Assembly: GCF_009914755.1 (NCBI RefSeq)
Contig: NC_060944.1
Direction: 5' to 3' (one strand)
Length of the DNA: 64,000 bases
Source: the human T2T-CHM13v2.0 reference genome, Homo sapiens
The position numbers and the translations under genes were made by a program. Under the pieces are notes generated by a model. It was given only the letters and a program-made list of their open reading frames with translations, made no database searches and had not been told where the DNA came from. This document shows positions 57,010-64,000 of the stretch, in pieces; within the stretch, counting starts at the first letter, position 1; every line of letters starts with the position of its first letter.

Positions 57010-57175
57010 GATTTCATTCATTAATGCTAGATCAAGTGTCTGGTGTATGCTAGACATTATTCTAGCTATCAGGGATAAAGCAGTGATTGAAAGCTATGAC
57101 CTCTTTCTCCATGGAGCTCACATACTAGTAGGGGAGATCAACAATGAAAACAGGGAGAGAAGTAAAGCAGGTAAG
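57010..57175 (-). mobile_element. L2 3' end
   Basis: ttcattcatt...gggataaagcagtga...catggagctcacatactagtaggggaga. Confidence 0.65.
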
Positions 57176-57529
57176 GGGCCCATCTCGGCTCTTGACATGA
57201 CATAATGCCTTGAAGATGTTAGGCATGCAATAAACATGTGCCTAAGGTGGGTATGGAAATGGATCCTTATTGAGCAGCTAATCTTTGCTAGGCATCAGGC
57301 CAGACATTCCATGTAATCTTACTTAATCTTAACAACCATCTTGTAATCCAAGAATTAATCATCACCATTTTAAAGATAAATAAACTGAAAATCCAGCAAG
57401 TTAAGAATCCAATCCATATTCCCTACAGTTGTGGATTCTGACTGTTTTCCTTCTCCAAAAGCCATCATCTTTCTGCTGCAAAATGCTATGCATGCAGAAG
57501 CCCAAGGAACATTTAGGACTGGCTGACAG

Positions 57530-57810
57530 ATATTGGTTTATGTACCCAGTTTTTATAAGTATATTAACATTTAATTACATCAAGTAAAGACTAGGGTTCC
57601 ATACAGTCAATTAAACTCGATAATAGCATCCGGCGTTCTATAAATCACCAAACTGGTAATTGTGTAGATAAAATATTATTGCGGTCTGAGTATTATCATA
57701 AGTACAGTTGGTTGTCAGAAGTCCTCTCAAAACAGTGAAGCTTTGGCAATTTAGTCTGTAGTTGCCAGTTGGACTCCGTGTACCTTGGCCGTTAAGTGTG
57801 CATTAATTGT
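57530..57810. promoter_or_regulatory. Candidate homeodomain-rich enhancer
   Basis: Dense TAAT cores, ATAAATCA (TGATTTAT on minus strand), TTTTATA, AGATAA, retained CpGs; repeat-free. Confidence 0.3.
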
Positions 57811-58695
57811 AGGATGGAAGGTTTTTAAGGACAGAATACAAAGAAGCCTCAACTAAGCTAAAGCTGAAATTATTTGGATACCAAGATTGGGTCAAGCCAA
57901 AGGGAATGGTGGATTCAGCATGTTTTGAGATCACAAGGATGGTGATGGTGTCTTGGGTAGATGTAATTACAGCTGAACTAGCACGTCACCCAGTTAAATC
58001 AGCAAGCCTTCTGCTCTTCCTCTCTAATGTTGACACTTTGTTTCCCTGGATAGGTGAATCTCACCAAGAAGGAAGTGTACACAAAGGAGAAGCAGGCACT
58101 CTCCTAGCAATTACAGGAAGTGGTCTTTGATGAATTTCAAAGAGAGATGGTAGGGCAGTCACTAAGGTTCCTAAGCAAAAAAACAGACCATCTACCTCAA
58201 AGCTGTCTCATCTCTACCTCTCTGATGCCCGGGAGTTCATGTGCATCCAGGATACATAAACATGTTTCTCCTCTTTGGAACAAGCACTCAGCAACTTCCA
58301 GCTCTACGCACATTTTTTTTTAATCTGCAAAGGACCAATGCAGATGATCCTATGAGAGCAGCCTCTGCCAACCTCACTCCACCTCAGGCTAAAACTCTTT
58401 GAAACAGAAGTGAACTTCTAACGAAGCTGCAACTTGCTAAATCACATAGTAACTCGGGGCCTGACAGGACACCACAGGCAGGTGGTCTTGAAGATTGAGG
58501 ATTTGCCTGAGAGAAAGGAGTCCTGCATCAAAGACTTGGCTCTTCCTCCAGCTGGTTGCATGACCTTGGCTGAGTCACTTTCTGTTTAAAATGGATCTGG
58601 CTGGAAGCTCTTGACAGTCTACCACAGTACCAAGGCAATGCCCATAACAACAGTGGAAGAGGTGAAAACCTTCCACAGAATTGAAAACAAGGTCT

Positions 58696-60892
58696 TGATA
58701 CGGGAAGGGGGCAGGGAAGTGCTGGGAAGAGAAGGGTGGGTCCCTGGCTAGGGCTCCACCCCATGGACCTAGGTGAGGACAGGCATTTCTGTTTTCATGC
58801 CCAAATGTTGCACTTCCCAAGACCACCCTGGCCCACCACACCCCCATCCTGTGCCTATAAAAACCCCGAGACTCCAGAAATAACACCACACATCTACAAC
58901 CATCTGATCTTTGACAAACCTGACAGAAACAAGAAATGGGGAAAGGATCCCCTATTTAATAAATGGTGCTGGGAAAACTGGCTAGCCATATGTAGAAAGC
59001 TGAAACTGGATCCCTTCCTTACATCTTATACAAAAATTAATTCAAGATGGATTAAAGACTTAAATGTTAGACCTAAAACCATAAAAACCCTAGAAGAAAA
59101 CCTAGGCAATACCATTCAGGACATAGGCATGGGCAAGGACTTCATGACTGAAACACCAAAAGCAATGGCAACAAAAGCCAAAATAGACAAATGGGATCTA
59201 ATTAAACTAAAGAGCTTCTGGACAGCAAAAGAAACTACCATCAGAGTGAACAGGCACCTACAGAATGGGAGAAAATTTTCACAATCTACCCATCTGACAA
59301 AGGGCTAATATCCAGAATCTAAAAAGAACTCAAACAAATTTACAAGAAAATAACAAACAACCCCATCAAAAAGTGGCCAAAGGATATGGCCAGACACTTA
59401 TCAAAAGAAGACATCTATGCAGCCAACAGACACATGAAAAAATGCTCATCATCACTGGTCATCAGAGAAATGCAAATCAAAACCACAATGACATACCATC
59501 TCACACCAGTTAGAATGGCCATCATTAAAAAGTCGGGAAACAACAGATGCCGGAGAGGATGTGGAGAAATAGGAACACTTTTACACTGTTGGTGGGAGTG
59601 TAAATTAGTTCAACCATTGTGGAAGACAGTGTGGCGATTCCTCAAGGATCTAGAACTAGAAATACCATTTGACCCAGCCATCCCATTACTGGGTACATAC
59701 CCAGAGGATTATAAATCATGCTACTATAAAGACACATGCACACATATGTTTATTGTGGCACTATTCGCAATAGCAAAGACTTGAAACCAACCCAAATGTC
59801 CATCAATGATAGACTGGATTAAGAAACTGTGGCACATATACACCATGGAATACTATGCAGCCATAAAAAAGGATGAGTTCATGTCCTTTGTAGGGTCATG
59901 GATGAAGCTAGAAACCATCATTCTCAGCAAATTAACACAGGAACAGAAAACCAAACACCGCATACTCTCACTCATAGGTGGGAATTGAACAATGAGATCA
60001 TTTGGACACAGAGCAGGGAACATCACACACTGGGGCCTGTCGGGGGGTAGGGGGCTGGGGGAGGGACAGCATTAGGAGAAATACCTAATGTAAATGATGA
60101 GTTGATGGGTGCAGCAAACCAACAAGGCACATGTATACCTATGTATCGAACCTGCACGTTGTGCACATACTTAAAGTATATATATATAAAAAAAAGAACC
60201 AAAACAAAAACAAAAACCCGAGACCACAGCAGGCAGAAACACACAAGCTGCTGGACGTCCAGAGGAACACATCAGCAGAAGAACCCACAAGCGTCTGGAC
60301 ATCAAGAGGAACACATCAGAGGAAGAAGACACAAGTAGCTGGACGTCAAAAGGAGCATGCTGGCAGAAGACCACACTGGCAGACACCAGCAGATGCTGGA
60401 GGCTGACCGTCAAAATGACACAGAATTTGGCCGGGGCGGTCAGAGGGGAGCACAGCCGCTGAGTGGCCCGGCTCCAGGGGGAAAGCCACGTTCCCACTCC
60501 ATCTCCCTCATGGCTCCCTCATCTGCTGAAAGCTACTTCCACTCAATAAAACCTTGCACTTTTTCTCCAAGCCCACATGTGATCCGATTCTTCCAGTATA
60601 TCAAGGCAAGAAACTCTCAGGATACAGAAAGCCCTCTGTCCTTGCAATAAGGCAGGGGGTCTAGTTGAGCTGACTAACACAAGCCACCTACAGATGGCTA
60701 AACTAAAAGAGCACATGCCCACTGAGGCTTCAGTTGTAAACATTCATCCCTAGATGCTGCTGTGAGACCAGAGCCCTACAGCCTACCCATCTGCATGCTT
60801 CCCTAGAGGTTTGAGCAGCAGGGCACTGAAGAAGTGAGCCACACCCCCATCACACACCCTGTGAGGGGGACAGGGGAACTTTTCCCGTTTCA
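58696..60892 (+). mobile_element. LTR27/LTR28-type ERV1 solo LTR, interrupted by L1
   Basis: tgatacgggaagggggcagggaagtgctggg...ggacctaggtgaggacaggc ... acacaagctgctggacgtc repeats ... ttttcccgtttca; 4-bp TSD gtct. Confidence 0.85.
58873..60211 (+). mobile_element. 5'-truncated L1PA6/7-like element
   Basis: ORF2 peptides ([12 protein letters not shown]...WDLIKLKSF; [13 protein letters not shown]) with frameshift and stops; 3' UTR; TSD aaaaaccccgagac / aaaaacccgagac. Confidence 0.95.
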
Positions 60893-62309
60893 GTCTCACA
60901 ATAAAACTATTCACCTGCATCTGGAGGAAACTAAAATGGATTTTAAAATGCAAATGACAGACTACCTCTGTTACACTCTTGTTCTAATCTGGAAAAAAAA
61001 AATGTGAAACCTCATCTGCCTGGAATTAACTAGATAAACCATGTGTTTCCTCCATACTGTCAACCCCCAAGTTCAAAATTACCGCATCTAACAAAGAGCA
61101 CACCATGTCACAGGCCCCCTAATATAACACCTGGTTTAGGCACCGGGAGTCTCTCTCTTCCTTACAACCTACTACCTACAGTCAGAAAATGTAACAGTGA
61201 GGGGAAAAAATAAGAATTATTATGAGTAAATGAAAAAAATGAATACAGTAGGAAAGAAAAAGAAATCATCATAAACATTTAAAAAGAAGACCTCTGAAAA
61301 TGATCCACTGAAAGAACCCGAAGAACGCTTTAAATAGTGTGAAGTGTCCTAAATAGGAGACAAAGAGATGCAGCCCTTTGTGAAACAAGAAGAGAAAGCC
61401 ACACAGAGACCCCAATAACCTGAAAAAACAATCGGATTAGGAGACAGATCCGTGTGTTCATAAAGGATCTCAGGGAAAGTAAAAATGCAAAAAGCAGAAT
61501 CCATATCAGTGTATCAAACCCTCCAACCTCAACGTTGACTGGAATGAAGAAAAGGAAGCAAAAGTAACAAAGAAACCACAAACATTGAAGTTTTTTTTTA
61601 ATGTTTTTCTCATTGACTTGGAGGACGCGACACAATTTGGGCCCACCCAAAATGCCACGAATTTATACACTACACAACTCGTTCTTAACAGAGTTGTACA
61701 GTATGAGATGAAGTGGAGGAATTTCGGAAAACCCAGCAGTATCCGCCAGCTGGCATGTCAGGGGCCGTGGCGTGAGAGAGCTACAAAAAAGATGAAGGAT
61801 GCTCAACCTGGGTGTCCTTCAGCCTCTTGCATCAACAGTACTTGAAGTCATTAGTTTGTTATTGTCCTTGTTTCCCATCTAATTCAGATCTCTCAGAGGC
61901 CCTGGGAACTTCTCTCATCCAGGAGAGCCCCATAACTGGAAGGGTACAAGTGGGGGCAGAGTGAAAATAGTAAGAAATGGCAAAATGATTTTCCAGGTGC
62001 CCCAAAACAGCCCACCAAACAGAAATAAACCATCATGATTGTGCAACTTTCCTCCAGGGGCTGACACACCCTGAAGCCAATGAAAGAGAAGTTCCTGGGT
62101 ACCCCACCAAGCATAAGAACCCTTCGGGAAGAGGTAACAGTCTGAAAGTCGGTGAAGTACTGGTGGCAGAGTAGCCCCCCATGTCTTCTAGGGCTCCAGC
62201 CATTAGGAGCTGCAACTGCGCTAAGGCAGAAAGAAGCAAAGCTCACATCCCAAACACGACCCACCGGGAAGGCAGCAAGAGAACGGGGGATAAGCATCTT
62301 GAAGACACT

Positions 62310-62402
62310 GATGTCCAGCCCACGACCATGTGACCTTGGACAAGTCACTTAACCTCTCCCAGTTTCAATTTCCTCATCTAAGAAGATAATAATAATAGCC
62401 AC
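62310..62402 (+). mobile_element. MIR core
   Basis: tgtgaccttggacaagtcacttaacctctcccagtttcaatttcctcatct. Confidence 0.75.
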
Positions 62403-62403
62403 C

Positions 62404-63690
62404 CAGAAGCACGTCTGAATTTTTATAGCCCGAATCTTAAACACCTTAGGGAGGGAGCATTCTTTAAGGAAAATAGTACAAACTTAGAAAAGAGACTATC
62501 TGACATGAGAAAATAATTCACAACAAATAATAAATTCCTAACAACCAGCAAATACCACAAACACTGTACAATCCAGAAAAATAATATTTTTATAAATTAT
62601 CTTTCTAACAATATTCTCCCCTACATTTCTGGACATATTTTCTGGGATGATCTCTTTATGACAATAATTTTGCAATATCATTTTTTATAGAGAGACTAGA
62701 AACTTCAGTGTCCCCTCTAGCAGGTTAATATTTATTATTATTAATATTTTTAAAGTCTCCTTCAAGTTCACAAGTCATTGTTTATATAGAGTCATGTAAA
62801 CTTTAAGGCTGTGGTCAAGTTTGGAGAAATCTCTATCAAATTTCTTTCATGTGTATGCTATACTATTTCAGGGTATTATAAGTGTGATTGTCCACTGAGT
62901 AATCAAATAGTCTTTGAATTCATGACATTAGGCATATTTATGGAAGCCATTTCCACACTAGGGTAGCTAGTATTGGTTTAATTATACACAAGGAAATACA
63001 GGATGGTGCCAGGGCTCATGTTTATAATCCCAGCACTTTGAGAGGCCAAGGCAGGAGAATCACTTGAGGCCAGGAGTTAGAGACCAGCCTGGGCAACATA
63101 GCAGATCCCATCTATAAACAAAATAAAAAATTAGCTGGGAGTGGTGGCATGTACCTGTAGTCCCAGCCACTTGGGAAGCTGAGGTGGAAGGATCACTTGA
63201 ACCCAGGAGTTTGAGGCCTCAGTGAGCGATGATCTTGCCACTGCACTTCAGTCTGGGCGACAGAGCAAGACCCTGTCTCTAAAAGTAAGTAAATACATAC
63301 ATATATACATACATACATAAAAGAGAAATATCTATGTGTGTATGTATCCTATCATCTATCATTGCTCTATTGATCTAGCTATCTATATTCTATTAACCCA
63401 AGCTTGACTTCAACTTCTGCTTACCCAGATTTCTAAAATGCCCTGCATACTCCAAAACTGCCACCTCCCACCCCTCACCCCTAAAAGGACATTATGATGA
63501 AGGGGAAGTTGGAGTGGAATCATAATAGTCTTCGCCAATTGTGGTTAAAATTATCTTACTTCTAATCATTTTATAAAATATACAACTATCTGAACATATT
63601 GCACACAGCCCTTCCTCGGGCCTTGGAAGGGTAACACAATGGGGATAGACTGTGAAGCTTAAGCTTCGTAGCTCCACAGGTACAGGGCTT
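62404..63690 (-). mobile_element. Arthur1 (hAT-Tip100), interrupted by AluJ
   Basis: aaataccacaaacac...atccagaaaaataa...atgacaataattttgcaatatcattttt...gggccttggaaggg...gaagcttaagcttc. Confidence 0.75.
63001..63320 (+). mobile_element. AluJ with (TACA)n tail
   Basis: AluJ features (cacttgaggccaggag, cccaggagtttgagg, agcaagaccctgtctc). Confidence 0.92.
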
Positions 63691-64000
63691 TGAAATTCTC
63701 CCACAGATACACAAGAGGGTGTGGCATGTGCCTGGCTCTGGCAGTGATGGATGTCCTCATCTGTAGCCATGCCACATGTCTGATGGAGGCACCTGAGACC
63801 CATCCAGCATTTACCAACCTCTACTGCACCTGTAAAGCTGTGTGTCTCACCTTTCTAACATCAGACCTCAGGCAGGAGATGGGCTGGGCCTTGGGGGACC
63901 AGATCACCATTATTCACTTGCTTTCACACAAGCATGTTGGATTTCACCTTGGGGAGAAAAAACATTCAACAACCGGGCCAGAAAACACTGCTATTGTCGA

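Noticed and set aside
58736-59308. 190-aa LTR-L1 fusion ORF as a novel protein
   Set aside because: It starts upstream of the LTR TATA, frameshifts out of ORF2, and an in-frame join has a one-in-three chance.
60240-60360. Three ~44-bp tandem repeats
   Set aside because: Intrinsic to the LTR27/28-type LTR.
61100-61260. New let-7 family miRNA gene
   Set aside because: No complementary arm on either side, and the seed is broken by an inserted base.

Overview
This is primate (very probably human) non-coding DNA, either intronic or intergenic, and is dominated by transposable elements. These include Alu (J/S/Y), L1 (L1PA3-like, L1PA6-like, L1PB, old L1M), L2, L3/CR1, many MIRs, LTR elements (THE1B, a near-complete MST-type MaLR, MLT1A/B/C/E, MLT2B, MER31, LTR33, LTR14B, LTR27/28-type) and DNA transposons (MER58A/B, MER33, MER5A, MER45A, Tigger3, MADE1, Arthur1). 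Family names come from recalled consensus similarity, not a search. TSDs and boundaries were read directly from the sequence. I recognise no protein-coding gene, RNA gene or CpG island, and the only real coding remnants are L1 ORF2 fragments. I found no convincing new biological system. The best leads are: a CpG-retaining, stop-free, exon-shaped 285-bp minus-strand segment (27821-28105); a 15-nt perfect let-7 match (61163-61177) near a strong minus-strand 3' splice site; several homeodomain-dense candidate enhancers; a multi-layer nested TE stack closed by an apparent microhomology deletion; an L1 inserted into an LTR's TATA box; and two complex tandem repeats.
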